Virus record (IMG/VR): IMGVR_UViG_3300045988_016154
Coordinates: 1-42,198 of that record
Direction: 5' to 3' (one strand)
Length of the DNA stretch: 42,198 nucleotides
Source: a virus
In this document: one piece after another, positions 1 through 8,572 of the stretch
Position numbering within the stretch: position 1 is the first letter of the stretch
Layout: every line of letters begins with the position of its first letter
The notes under the pieces: model-generated
What the model was told of the DNA's origin: nothing
The model's input: only the letters and a program-made list of their open reading frames with translations
The model's database searches: none
Program-made: the position numbers and the translations under genes

Positions 1-55
1 AGGTCTTCCCGGCCGGGACAAAGCGGTAGCCCTCGATATAGGCGGCGCACTTGCC
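1..55. repeat. Terminal overlap copy 1 (identical to 42144-42198)
   Basis: AGGTCTTCCCGGCCGGGACAAAGCGGTAGCCCTCGATATAGGCGGCGCACTTGCC is present at both window ends. Confidence 0.95.
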
Positions 56-139
56 ATCAAAAAAGGCTGTTTCGACGGTTGCAAGCCCCTCCTTCGGGGC
101 GGTATAGCACTTAAAATCAGCATCAATATAAATTTGCAT
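1..139 (-). CDS. 5' part of a junction-spanning 113-aa hypothetical fibre-module protein (continues at 42143 down to 41941)
   Basis: ATG at 139 with GGAG 5 nt upstream. Translation MQIYIDADFKCYTAPKEGLATVETAFFDGKCAAYIEGYRFVPAGKT continues in frame as WTAADGTVYSGEMITPWKPW... on the other side of the 55-nt overlap. Confidence 0.7.
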   Translation of the reverse strand, partial: MQIYIDADFKCYTAPKEGLATVETAFFDGKCAAYIEGYRFVPAGKT

Positions 140-153
140 ATCGCTCCGCCCCC

Positions 154-858
154 TCACGTCATCCAGACTTTGCTTACTTCAAAATTGTAGGTAAAACTGG
201 AAGTGCCGATACCGGTGTACAGCACAACATATCCATCGGATATTGCGCTTACGTCCAGCTCACCGCTTCCACCGCTAGAGTAGGACAGAGTCTTCGACGC
301 CAACACGCCCGAAACCTTTCCTGCCGCAGGCGGCTCGGAGGTTACATAGGCCATATAGCCGCCACCGCCGGTTTTGCCGTTTATATGCAGGGCGGTGAAG
401 CCGTCAATAAGCACTTTGTTCTTCGTGTAAAGGATACCAACGCCACCGACGGCCCTGGTGATACCTTTCAGCGTGGGGCTCCTCGATGTCTCCGCGCCCA
501 CCGACGCATCGGCAGTCCACTCGTCGTATCGGTCCCCGGCATCATACAAAATCCCGTCGAATTTGCTGCTGACCGTCACCCACTTCCCGCCAATGTACAT
601 ACTGGCCTCCACCGATTTCCACGCGCCGGATATAAAAACATACGTACTGTAAGCAATGGATTTCGCTTTCGACAAAAATACGATGGTCCCATCAGCCGGG
701 GCTTCGGGAAAAACCTCCGCAAAGACGTACTTCTTCCCGGCCTTGTCGGATTTTACCCAGATCATATTCTCCTTCGGCTTCACCGGTTCCGTCAGTCCGG
801 AGACAATGGTCAGTCCGGTGCCCGCACTGCCGTTCCCATACAAAAAGCACTGTCCCAT
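154..858 (-). CDS. Hypothetical tail/fibre-associated protein (234 aa)
   Basis: ORF 154-915 trimmed to the ATG at 858, which overlaps the upstream stop (TAATG). Gly/Ser/Thr-rich. Sits in the fibre cluster. No motif recognised. Confidence 0.7.
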   Translation of the reverse strand: MGQCFLYGNGSAGTGLTIVSGLTEPVKPKENMIWVKSDKAGKKYVFAEVFPEAPADGTIVFLSKAKSIAYSTYVFISGAWKSVEASMYIGGKWVTVSSKFDGILYDAGDRYDEWTADASVGAETSRSPTLKGITRAVGGVGILYTKNKVLIDGFTALHINGKTGGGGYMAYVTSEPPAAGKVSGVLASKTLSYSSGGSGELDVSAISDGYVVLYTGIGTSSFTYNFEVSKVWMT

Positions 859-1760
859 TACCGCATCACCTCGATCTGAATGGGGATCGCCGCCTCCGGC
901 TTGTCCTCGAAGCACGTAAACTGAATGCCGCCCGCCACAGCCACGCCCCGGCTCACGCAGCCCCAGGCTTCCCGCTGGGCCTGGGCCGTGGTGTTGTCCG
1001 CGTCATACACCGGCGTCACATGGGGCATGTCCGATGCCAGAATGCCGCTTACCGCCACCGTCTGGGTGTAAGGCCCGGAACCGGTCCAGCCGGTACCGAC
1101 GGTTGCCGTGAAGGTCTTCCGCTTTCCGTCCACATAGTCCTTCGTGGCCGCGTCCGCCCCGTCAGCAGGGGCTTTCAATCCCTGCACGGTGTTCCCACCC
1201 ATGCTGATGTTTCCGGTCATAGCCCCGCCCGCCCTGGGCAGGCTGGCGTTTTTCGCGTTCGTCTCCGCTTTCCCCGCCGCCGTGGAACTTTCCGTGTCCA
1301 CATAGCGTTTTCTTGCCGCGTCCCCATCCGCCACCGGGTCAACAAGACCGGTGATCTTCCGCCCGTCCATGTTGATGTCCCCCGCCATGGTTCCGCCGTT
1401 GGTAGACAGAAAGTTCAGCTCTCCAATCACGTCTTCCAGGTCGTCATAGCTGATAATCGCCCCGTCCTTCGTGGCCACATACCCCGGAGGAATAGGCCGC
1501 TCTACCACCGGGATTTCCAGCCGTCTGTCCGTGGTGGTGCCGATTTCCGTCGACATGATCAGCGCGTCCACGATTCCGGCCTTCTGGATCAGCAGATTCG
1601 GGATGTAGCATTTGCCGTCCTTGGCAAACACGCCATAAACCGTCTCCGGGTCTACCCGGAAACAGAAGTCCACCCGGGTCACGTCGTCGCTTACTTCCAG
1701 ATATTGCTTCGTGTCCCACTGGAAAAGGCTTTCTTTCCCGTCAGGAAGTCTTGCGTACAT
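858..1760 (-). CDS. Tail fibre protein with two tandem fibre-type repeats (300 aa)
   Basis: ORF 858-1799 trimmed to ATG 1760, preceded by GGAGGGAAAGAGG. Repeats NGGTMAGDINMDGRKITGLVDPVADGDAARKRYVD and AGGAMTGNISMGGNTVQGLKAPADGADAATKDYVD are typical of phage fibre shafts. Confidence 0.8.
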   Translation of the reverse strand: MYARLPDGKESLFQWDTKQYLEVSDDVTRVDFCFRVDPETVYGVFAKDGKCYIPNLLIQKAGIVDALIMSTEIGTTTDRRLEIPVVERPIPPGYVATKDGAIISYDDLEDVIGELNFLSTNGGTMAGDINMDGRKITGLVDPVADGDAARKRYVDTESSTAAGKAETNAKNASLPRAGGAMTGNISMGGNTVQGLKAPADGADAATKDYVDGKRKTFTATVGTGWTGSGPYTQTVAVSGILASDMPHVTPVYDADNTTAQAQREAWGCVSRGVAVAGGIQFTCFEDKPEAAIPIQIEVMR

Positions 1761-1881
1761 CCTCTTTCCCTCCGCTCTTGTTGATGATCTCCGCCACACG
1801 GAACAGGTAGCTCCACATTTGCTTCAGCTGGTCCTCTGTGCTGCCTGTAGGCATAGGCGGCGTTGGAATCTTAATACCCAC
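1741..1881 (-). CDS. Small ORF (46 aa from GTG 1881, or 37 aa from ATG 1854)
   Basis: (V)GIKIPTPPMPTGSTEDQLKQMWSYLFRVAEIINKSGGKEDVRKTS fills the gap between two structural genes and overlaps both slightly. No strong RBS. Confidence 0.35.
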   Translation of the reverse strand: MGIKIPTPPMPTGSTEDQLKQMWSYLFRVAEIINKSGGKEDVRKTS

Positions 1882-3622
1882 AAACGTCACTGCCTTTCTC
1901 GTAGATTTTGGAAATGCTGTAGATTTGCATGGTCCCGAATCCTGTGATTCGAATCCGGAAGTGGTCACACCGTCGGGGCTTCACCGGCAGAATCTCGCTT
2001 TTGATTCGGTTCCCGGTGATGCTGCCGCAGGGCAGCCACTCCCCGTTGGAATCGTATTCGATGGAGAACTGTGCCGTGGCCCCGTCATCCAGTCTCAGCC
2101 GCACGGCAAACCGGCTCACATATTTTTGCCCTGCGTCTGAGTACCCGATGATATTGGTCGTCGCGCTCCATTGCACCCGCTTTTCTTTCGGCCCCGCTGC
2201 CTTTCCGGTAGCCCCCAGAAATTGCTTGGTGTCTGCGTCCAGAATGTAAAGCTCATCTAAAAGAGTAGCCATAGCCAGGGCGTGGGTGCTGTCCTCCTTC
2301 ACCCAAATGCCGTTCTTTGTGTCGTATACAAACAGGTTCCATCCAGTCTCCCCGTGCATGGATAGGTAGTATTTTCCCCGCAGGCTCCCGCCTACGGCCT
2401 CAGAGAATAGTTCATTCCCCAGGGAGTACCCCGTGTTCTCCGGCAGACTGCCGTCATACACGCATACACCGCTCCTGGACTTGAAATACAGCCTGTCGTT
2501 CACCACCTGTAAACTTCTGCTGCACCCTTCCTGCACGCCCTGGCAGGCCGTGTCCTGGATCTGGTGCGCCCCGCCCTCGTCCACATAGACCTTGTGCAGG
2601 TGGTTTTCTTTCCAGAAAAGGGGGTACCCGAGATAGGTGATAGCCCCCGTCCACCTGCCGTCCGTGCCCACGCTGGCCCGGTAACTGTCCGTGGAGATTC
2701 CGGCGTAGCGCTCCCAGTTCTTGAAGTCGCCCAGGGCGCAGCAGTAGATTTCATTGATTGTCTTCCCGTCAACCTGACCGTACTTGCAGCCCCATATCCG
2801 GTTCTGGCACTCGCACACGTAGTCCATATCCGGCATTTTCCGCTGCATCCGCAGTTTCCCAGCCGCCACCGTCACCGTCTGGGGTACAAGCCCAATGACC
2901 ACAACGCTGTCGGCGCTGACCCCATATAGAATCTTGCTGCCGTCCAGCTCTTCCTTCCCGGTGCCGGACAGGGTCACGCCGTCGTTCTCCGCGAACTGCT
3001 TCCCAATGCCTGTGCAGGCGATCTTACAGTAGACGGTTTCCACCGCCGCCCAGCTCCCAGTGCTCTCCGCCCAGACCTTCATAGCCTCCTTTTCCCCGGA
3101 GGTGTCCAGCCAGTATTGTCCGGCCTTTGGGTTCTCCGGAGCTGTGGCGGAGGCCGTGTAGTCATAGGCGGCCCCATCTGCCATGCACAGGCTTATGGTT
3201 GCCTCGCTGCCGCTTGTCCAGTCAGCTTCGATCTTCCCGCAGTCCGTATAGTCCTGGGTATTGATATAGGCCTTGTCCGGCAGAATCAGGATGTAAGCAC
3301 CCATGCTCACCAGCGTCTTCTCGCTGTCCGTCAGGTGTACCCCAGCATCGATCAGATGGTCCGTCAGGTCCTCGCCGCCATAGAACAGGTTTCGGTTGTC
3401 CACCCATACTAGCTTGTCCTTTGCCATCAGCCCATTGGGCTTTACCAGCACATCCAGCAGCGTCCGCTTTTCCCGGGAAGCCAGCAGGGGATAGTGGTCA
3501 GAAGTGAGATTCAGCATATCGGACATGGAGCCGTCTGTCCCTCTCAGATTTCTGTCCAGCCCCGGGAACTGCTGCGTCAGCTCCTCGCTGCGGCTTATTT
3601 CCGCCATTGTCGGCAGTCTCAT
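1871..3622 (-). CDS. Large virion structural protein (583 aa), possibly tail/nozzle-associated
   Basis: ORF 1871-3631 trimmed to ATG 3622, with AGGAGG 8 nt upstream. Follows the small head-completion-size genes. No catalytic motif recognised. Confidence 0.75.
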   Translation of the reverse strand: MRLPTMAEISRSEELTQQFPGLDRNLRGTDGSMSDMLNLTSDHYPLLASREKRTLLDVLVKPNGLMAKDKLVWVDNRNLFYGGEDLTDHLIDAGVHLTDSEKTLVSMGAYILILPDKAYINTQDYTDCGKIEADWTSGSEATISLCMADGAAYDYTASATAPENPKAGQYWLDTSGEKEAMKVWAESTGSWAAVETVYCKIACTGIGKQFAENDGVTLSGTGKEELDGSKILYGVSADSVVVIGLVPQTVTVAAGKLRMQRKMPDMDYVCECQNRIWGCKYGQVDGKTINEIYCCALGDFKNWERYAGISTDSYRASVGTDGRWTGAITYLGYPLFWKENHLHKVYVDEGGAHQIQDTACQGVQEGCSRSLQVVNDRLYFKSRSGVCVYDGSLPENTGYSLGNELFSEAVGGSLRGKYYLSMHGETGWNLFVYDTKNGIWVKEDSTHALAMATLLDELYILDADTKQFLGATGKAAGPKEKRVQWSATTNIIGYSDAGQKYVSRFAVRLRLDDGATAQFSIEYDSNGEWLPCGSITGNRIKSEILPVKPRRCDHFRIRITGFGTMQIYSISKIYEKGSDVCGY

Positions 3623-3634
3623 GCCTACCACCTC

Positions 3635-4003
3635 CTAAAAGTACCGGATTCTCGTCCCCTTGGGCTTGTGCGTCCGGTTGTACCAGTTTGCAAACGCATC
3701 ATACTCCGCCTGGAACATGGCGGCGGAATTGTTATACTTCCCGAATTCTGCGTTGGCATAGTCGATCTGGCATTCCAGCCAGCTGAGATACATTCTGTCC
3801 CAGGGCTCGGGAACCATCAGCACAGTGTCCTGGTCGTCCAGCCCGTATGGGAGGAATAGAATGTTCTCCCACCCTTCGTGGGTGTCGATGATTTCCGCCT
3901 TGATCCTGCCGTCCAGCGCGTTCAGCCATCCCAGCTTATCCGATACGCTGTAGGCGTTGGGCTTCCGGCTGTCCACGGAAGCAATGGCCTCCCGGACCGT
4001 CAT
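3635..4003 (-). CDS. Hypothetical head-completion/neck protein (122 aa)
   Basis: ORF 3635-4114 trimmed to ATG 4003 (TAATATG junction with the upstream stop at 4005). Function assigned from position downstream of the capsid gene only. Confidence 0.65.
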   Translation of the reverse strand: MTVREAIASVDSRKPNAYSVSDKLGWLNALDGRIKAEIIDTHEGWENILFLPYGLDDQDTVLMVPEPWDRMYLSWLECQIDYANAEFGKYNNSAAMFQAEYDAFANWYNRTHKPKGTRIRYF

Positions 4004-4004
4004 A

Positions 4005-4247
4005 TTACGCCTCGCCGGGATGGGATGCCTTGGACACGCTGGATTCATATTCCAGCGCCTGGGCCAGCATCTCCTCGCTGCGCTGGATGATCTCCGCCAC
4101 GCCCGCCGGGACATCCACTTCCTGTCCCCTCTTGATCAGGTAGCCCACGCCGTTCAGACCAACGTACATGTCTTCCTTCTGTTCTCTGCTCAGGGGCAGC
4201 CGAATTCGCACATAGCCTTCCTTCACATCGTCTTTCTTGGTTGCCAT
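4005..4247 (-). CDS. Hypothetical small head-associated protein (80 aa)
   Basis: ORF 4005-4289 trimmed to ATG 4247, preceded by AAAGGAGCATAT. Begins MATKKDDVKEGYVRIRLPL. Lies immediately after the capsid gene. Confidence 0.65.
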   Translation of the reverse strand: MATKKDDVKEGYVRIRLPLSREQKEDMYVGLNGVGYLIKRGQEVDVPAGVAEIIQRSEEMLAQALEYESSVSKASHPGEA

Positions 4248-4269
4248 ACATATGCTCCTTTCATGGTCA

Positions 4270-4287
4270 GGGGCGGTTTCCCGCCCC
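4270..4287 (-). promoter_or_regulatory. GC-rich stem-loop with GAAA tetraloop just downstream of the capsid gene
   Basis: Minus strand reads GGGGCGG-GAAA-CCGCCCC, 10 nt after the capsid stop. No U-tract follows, so it is more likely an mRNA-stabilising or partial-termination hairpin than a full terminator. Confidence 0.5.
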
Positions 4288-4297
4288 ATGTGTCAAA

Positions 4298-5320
4298 TCA
4301 GTTTGCCTTCGCCGTGCCGGAGAAAGCGCCGCCGCTCTCGATGCGGATCATGTAGTTCTGCTGCAGGATCTCCGCGGTCTGCATAGCCTTCCAGCCCACG
4401 GTGCTGCGCTGGTCCAGAGGGTCAGCCGTACCTGCAGAACCCAGCTGCTTGATGATGGTCTTCAGACCGCCGCCGGTTACCTCGGTGATGCCATAGGCGT
4501 TCTCGCCCAGCACCAGCGTGCAGAACACGGCGGGATTGGTGGAGGTCTTGACAATCAGCGCTTCGCTGCTCTCCACGAACCGCACACCGGCAATTCTGCC
4601 GATCTCGCCTTCGTACATATCCTCGGCGCTGGTGTACTTGTGCATCTCCTCCCATTTTGGGTCAGACATCAGGTCATAGGCCGCGTAGGGGTGGATGATG
4701 GCCACATAGCTGCCGCTGATCTTGGGCACGTTGTTGGCCTTCAGGGTGGCCACGGCCTTCTTGATCTCGTCCACGGTCAGCTTGCAGGTGGCGTCAATGT
4801 CCGCCCGGGAGGTCACGGCGGTGGTACCGCTTGCGCCTACCTTGGGGCAGTACTGCACGTTGGTGCCCGCCTGCAGGATGTTCCGGGTAATGGTGTCCAG
4901 GGTCAGGCCCGCCTGGTTGCCGATGGCCTTGGTGGCCTCCAGCACGTTGTTGTCGATGGCGGTCAGGTCCAGCACATCGGACAGCGCCACATAGTCGCCG
5001 TACTGATGCACCTCCGCCTCGACGGCGGTCACCGTCAGCTTCCGGCCATCGGGGGTCACGCCTTCGGTCAGAGGGGTCAGGGCCTTGGGCAGTGCGCCGT
5101 ACCGCCGGAACTCGATCTTCTTGCCGCCGTTCTTGGGGATAGGCCGCTTCTGGCCAAACTGGCTGTGGATCAGGTTGGGCTTTGCGCTTTCCAGCAGCGT
5201 CCGGTCGTAGAAGGTCTTGTTCTCGGCGGACAGGCCGGAATCGGTGGTTACGTTGGTGTTCAGGTCGCCCGCAAACAGCTGCAGGCTGCCCATAAAAATA
5301 AGGTTTCTGATGATTTCCAT
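4298..5320 (-). CDS. Major capsid protein (340 aa) with N-terminal LQLF|A propeptide motif
   Basis: Directly follows the scaffold gene. RBS AAAGGAG. The N-terminus MEIIRNLIFMGSLQLFAGD matches the scaffold N-terminus. The body (FYDRTLLESAKPNLIHSQFGQKRPIPKNGGKKIEFRRY...) resembles HK97-fold capsid proteins of Firmicutes phages as I recall them. Confidence 0.9.
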   Translation of the reverse strand: MEIIRNLIFMGSLQLFAGDLNTNVTTDSGLSAENKTFYDRTLLESAKPNLIHSQFGQKRPIPKNGGKKIEFRRYGALPKALTPLTEGVTPDGRKLTVTAVEAEVHQYGDYVALSDVLDLTAIDNNVLEATKAIGNQAGLTLDTITRNILQAGTNVQYCPKVGASGTTAVTSRADIDATCKLTVDEIKKAVATLKANNVPKISGSYVAIIHPYAAYDLMSDPKWEEMHKYTSAEDMYEGEIGRIAGVRFVESSEALIVKTSTNPAVFCTLVLGENAYGITEVTGGGLKTIIKQLGSAGTADPLDQRSTVGWKAMQTAEILQQNYMIRIESGGAFSGTAKAN

Positions 5321-5336
5321 GGTATCTCCTTTCGTT

Positions 5337-6203
5337 TTAGCCGAAGGAAATACGCTCGCCCCGCATAATGCGGTCCATATAGGCTGTAAATTCGCTTCGG
5401 CTCATGTTGCTTACATCTACTTTCTGGCTTACCGTGGGGCCGTTCCCCACACCGCTTTCGGTTGGTCTCCGGCTTCCGGATGCCACGCTGGCGGAGAGCT
5501 TTTTCTGGGCCTCCGTCGTGGCCTTCTCCATGCCGGCCTGCATGATGTCGTCGTGGTATCTGGCCCAATAGGCGCTCTCCACGTCAACGCCGCTCTGCAG
5601 CATGGACACAAACTGCGCGTCTTCCAGACAACTTTCCAGATCCAGCCCCGGAAATTTCTGTTTGGCCTGCTCTGCCTGGGTTGCCCACCTGGTGTAGGTC
5701 TCCCGTGCCGCGGCCTCCCGCTGGTTCAGCTCCTGCTGCCGCTTCAGCATGGCGTTCTCCCGCTCGGCAGTCCGCAGGGCCTTCAGATTCTCCACGGACA
5801 TTCCCCTGTCCGCCGCCTCGGCCTGCCACATCTGCTCGTCATTGTCCAGCGCCGCCATCAGGCCGTCCACGTCCCCGGCGTCCACGCCGTACTTCTGCCC
5901 CAGCATCTGCAGCAGCGGCTCGGTCTTGGCCAGCCGTTCCTCGTTGGCCTTGGCTCCCCGCATCCGCGCCTGGATGGTCTTCTGGACTCTCGCGTCGTAG
6001 TCCGCCTTGTACTTGCCCTTGATCAACTCATCGAAGGTAGGCTCCTGCGGTGCCGACTGCTCGCCATTGGCTTCCGTTTCCGGCTGCTGGCCCCCCTGGC
6101 TCCCGGCGTCGGAGCCCGCTGCGCCCGTTCCGTCCCCGCCTGCGCCGCCGTCGGCAAACAGCTGCAGGCCGAAATAGATCATTGTTTCCAGTAATTCGTT
6201 CAT
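5337..6203 (-). CDS. Scaffolding protein (288 aa) with N-terminal LQLF|A motif
   Basis: Ala/Glu/Gln-rich, coiled-coil-like. Lies between the protease and capsid genes. RBS GAGGAGG. N-terminus MNELLETMIYFGLQLFADGG. Confidence 0.8.
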   Translation of the reverse strand: MNELLETMIYFGLQLFADGGAGGDGTGAAGSDAGSQGGQQPETEANGEQSAPQEPTFDELIKGKYKADYDARVQKTIQARMRGAKANEERLAKTEPLLQMLGQKYGVDAGDVDGLMAALDNDEQMWQAEAADRGMSVENLKALRTAERENAMLKRQQELNQREAAARETYTRWATQAEQAKQKFPGLDLESCLEDAQFVSMLQSGVDVESAYWARYHDDIMQAGMEKATTEAQKKLSASVASGSRRPTESGVGNGPTVSQKVDVSNMSRSEFTAYMDRIMRGERISFG

Positions 6204-6221
6204 AGTGTCCTCCTCTGCTGG

Positions 6222-6617
6222 TTAGGCCAGCGGCTCCATATCTGCGGGTTCGGCCCGCGAATCCTCGGTTTTATCTTCTCGGCTTTCGCCGTTCCCGATG
6301 TAATAAATTTTGATGTTTTTGGGGTAGTTCCCGGCCAGCATCTCCATGCCCCGCCGAATTACCCCCCACTGTGCCCGGGCAACCTCCATATTTACCGGCT
6401 GAATCCGTACAGTGGCCTTCCCGGGTATCAGCTCCACCGTGGGTGAAGCTTCAAGCCCATAGTCATTGTCCAAATCCATAGCCAGCTGTGCCGCCGTATA
6501 GGTCAGCGCCGTGGCTGCTGCGCAGATCAGGTCCCTGCCGTATTCCGCACTGTTTGCGTGGCCGTACATATCCAGCCACAGCGCCCCGCCCATATCTCCA
6601 AAAGTCACGCGAATCAT
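6222..6617 (-). CDS. prp: Prp-type (YsxB/DUF464 family) cysteine protease, phage-encoded (131 aa)
   Basis: MIRVTF...LDMYGHANSAEYGRDLICAAATALTYTA shows the GHA...(D)(L/I)(V/I)CAA His/Cys pattern of ribosomal-processing protease Prp. It occupies the slot between portal and scaffold where a prohead protease normally sits. Confidence 0.75.
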   Translation of the reverse strand: MIRVTFGDMGGALWLDMYGHANSAEYGRDLICAAATALTYTAAQLAMDLDNDYGLEASPTVELIPGKATVRIQPVNMEVARAQWGVIRRGMEMLAGNYPKNIKIYYIGNGESREDKTEDSRAEPADMEPLA

Positions 6618-6634
6618 ACCGTGCCCCCCCTAGA

Positions 6635-8572
6635 TCAGCCAGGGGCCGTGGAGTTGGCCACCCGCTCCCGCGCGTTTTTCGTGATGCTGCTCTCTCCGCC
6701 GCCGCTTTCCGTGCTTCCGCCTCCCGCGGGCGCTTCCGCCGTATCCTGCACTGGCCCCATAGCCGCCATCATGGCCGCCTGCTGCATCTGATACATCATC
6801 TGATTCTGCTGTATCCGCTGTACGACCTTGGCCTTGCGGTCAAAGTCCATCATGTCCAAGCAGGCCAACGCCTGATCCGCCATAGCCGGATTGAAGAACC
6901 CCGCCGAATAGAAGCTCATGGCCATCTCGTTCTGGCTCAGCCGGGAGTAGGGACTTGCCTTTTCCGAGGACACGCTGATGTCAAACACCGGCAGCCGGTA
7001 CCCCATATCCACGCCGAATGCCGCCCCCTGCTGCTGGGGCTGAAGCCCCGCGTTGCTGTAGGCCACATACTCCGCCTCCCCCTGTGGCCCGGTGATCCGG
7101 AACTGCCGGGGCAGATCGTAAAACTGCCGGATCAACTCAATAACCATCAGACACACCTTGCGGAATACCCTGTGGCTGGACTTGTTGCTGTCCCGGCTCA
7201 GCTTGCTCCCCGCCTCCTGCATGGCCGCAATGGCGGAAGCCGCCGTCACGCCGGAGGAAGTGCCGCCGGTGGAGATGTCCCGGTTTCCCGTGACCTCCTT
7301 AAGCTCGTCAATTTTATTGTTCAGCACGGTCACGTAGATGCCATTCAGCACCTTGCCGTTCACGGGCTTGATGCTGTCTTCCCCCAGATTCCCGTCCACG
7401 TGAATGAAATCGTTGCGCATATCCGCGTATTCCGCCTCGTTCACGCTGCCGTCATTCCGGATAAAGTGTCTCGGTCGTGCGTTGGCCAGCATATTCTGTA
7501 ATACGGCCTGATTCCCCCGGTCAATGTACTCCTGGGCGCTCTTGCCCACATCGATGTACCCGAACCCGCAGGGACTTCCCGCCACCCGGAACAGGGAATC
7601 GATGTGGAAGGGATACAGCCCATGGTCGTACCATCCCCGCTCGGCATACTCCGGCTCGTTTTCCGAGGCGAACAGCACCGTGTCCCCGGTGAACTTGCAG
7701 TAGTGCAGCACGGTCTTCCCGTTCCTGCGCCGCTTGTAGTACCAGTCAATGACCGTGGTCTTGTCTCTAGTGTCCACGTTGTCCTCATAGCTGTACTCCG
7801 CCACCGTGAAACTCTTGTCGCCTACCCTGTCCCCCAGCTCCGGGTACTGCTCGGTCAGCGCGTCATTGTCCACCATGGTAACATAGAACAAATTCCGGCT
7901 GTCCTGTATGTCCGTCACGCCCGGCTCCCAGAACAAATTGAGAATGTCAATGCTGCGGATGCTGATATCCCCCAGCCCGTTCAGCTTCCCGGAATCCCAG
8001 AACACGCCGTAGCATCCGGCCCCAAACTTCAGCTTATAATCCTGCTCCGCGTCGTACACCGCCTCGAACTCACACTGGTCCAGGACCACCGGCAGGATGC
8101 TGCTAAGCCGCTTGGCCTCCTCCTCGTCGGTCTGCTCCCGGCCCTGCACCGTGCAGGTGGGATAGTTGTCCATGCTGTCCGCGTGCTTATTGGCCAGCGC
8201 GTTAAACAGCCACCCGGAAACCGGCTCCACGTCGCCCCCGGCCCGCCGCAGTGTCTCCCAGTGCCGCATACGATACCATTTCTCGTTATCCACAATCCGC
8301 TGGTCCAGCATGGCCTTGCCCTGCTTGTAGCGGTTCAGCTGCAAAAGGGCTTCCCGGATCTGGTCAACCCCCACGGCCTCCACCCGCCGGGCCTGCACCG
8401 TAGCCGCTCCCGCCATCTGGTTGCCCATGGCCTCCAGCATGGCGGTCTGGGCCCCCTGCTGCGCCGTGGCGAACTGCCCGCCCCGGCTCTCCGGCTGCTC
8501 CATGGTCTGCTCCTGCTCCATGGTCTGCCCGTCCGGCATCGCCGCCTGTTCCTCGTTCCTACGTCTCGCCAT
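6635..8572 (-). CDS. Portal protein (645 aa)
   Basis: Size and position immediately downstream of the large terminase, overlapping it by 14 nt. No catalytic motif. Assignment is positional. Confidence 0.75.
   Translation of the reverse strand: MARRRNEEQAAMPDGQTMEQEQTMEQPESRGGQFATAQQGAQTAMLEAMGNQMAGAATVQARRVEAVGVDQIREALLQLNRYKQGKAMLDQRIVDNEKWYRMRHWETLRRAGGDVEPVSGWLFNALANKHADSMDNYPTCTVQGREQTDEEEAKRLSSILPVVLDQCEFEAVYDAEQDYKLKFGAGCYGVFWDSGKLNGLGDISIRSIDILNLFWEPGVTDIQDSRNLFYVTMVDNDALTEQYPELGDRVGDKSFTVAEYSYEDNVDTRDKTTVIDWYYKRRRNGKTVLHYCKFTGDTVLFASENEPEYAERGWYDHGLYPFHIDSLFRVAGSPCGFGYIDVGKSAQEYIDRGNQAVLQNMLANARPRHFIRNDGSVNEAEYADMRNDFIHVDGNLGEDSIKPVNGKVLNGIYVTVLNNKIDELKEVTGNRDISTGGTSSGVTAASAIAAMQEAGSKLSRDSNKSSHRVFRKVCLMVIELIRQFYDLPRQFRITGPQGEAEYVAYSNAGLQPQQQGAAFGVDMGYRLPVFDISVSSEKASPYSRLSQNEMAMSFYSAGFFNPAMADQALACLDMMDFDRKAKVVQRIQQNQMMYQMQQAAMMAAMGPVQDTAEAPAGGGSTESGGGESSITKNARERVANSTAPG

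Noticed and set aside
1-55. True phage direct terminal repeat or LTR-like element.
   Set aside because: The repeat is short, exact and confined to the extreme window ends. It interrupts an ORF that is continuous on a circle. That is the signature of an assembler overlap. Physical termini cannot be inferred from this sequence alone.
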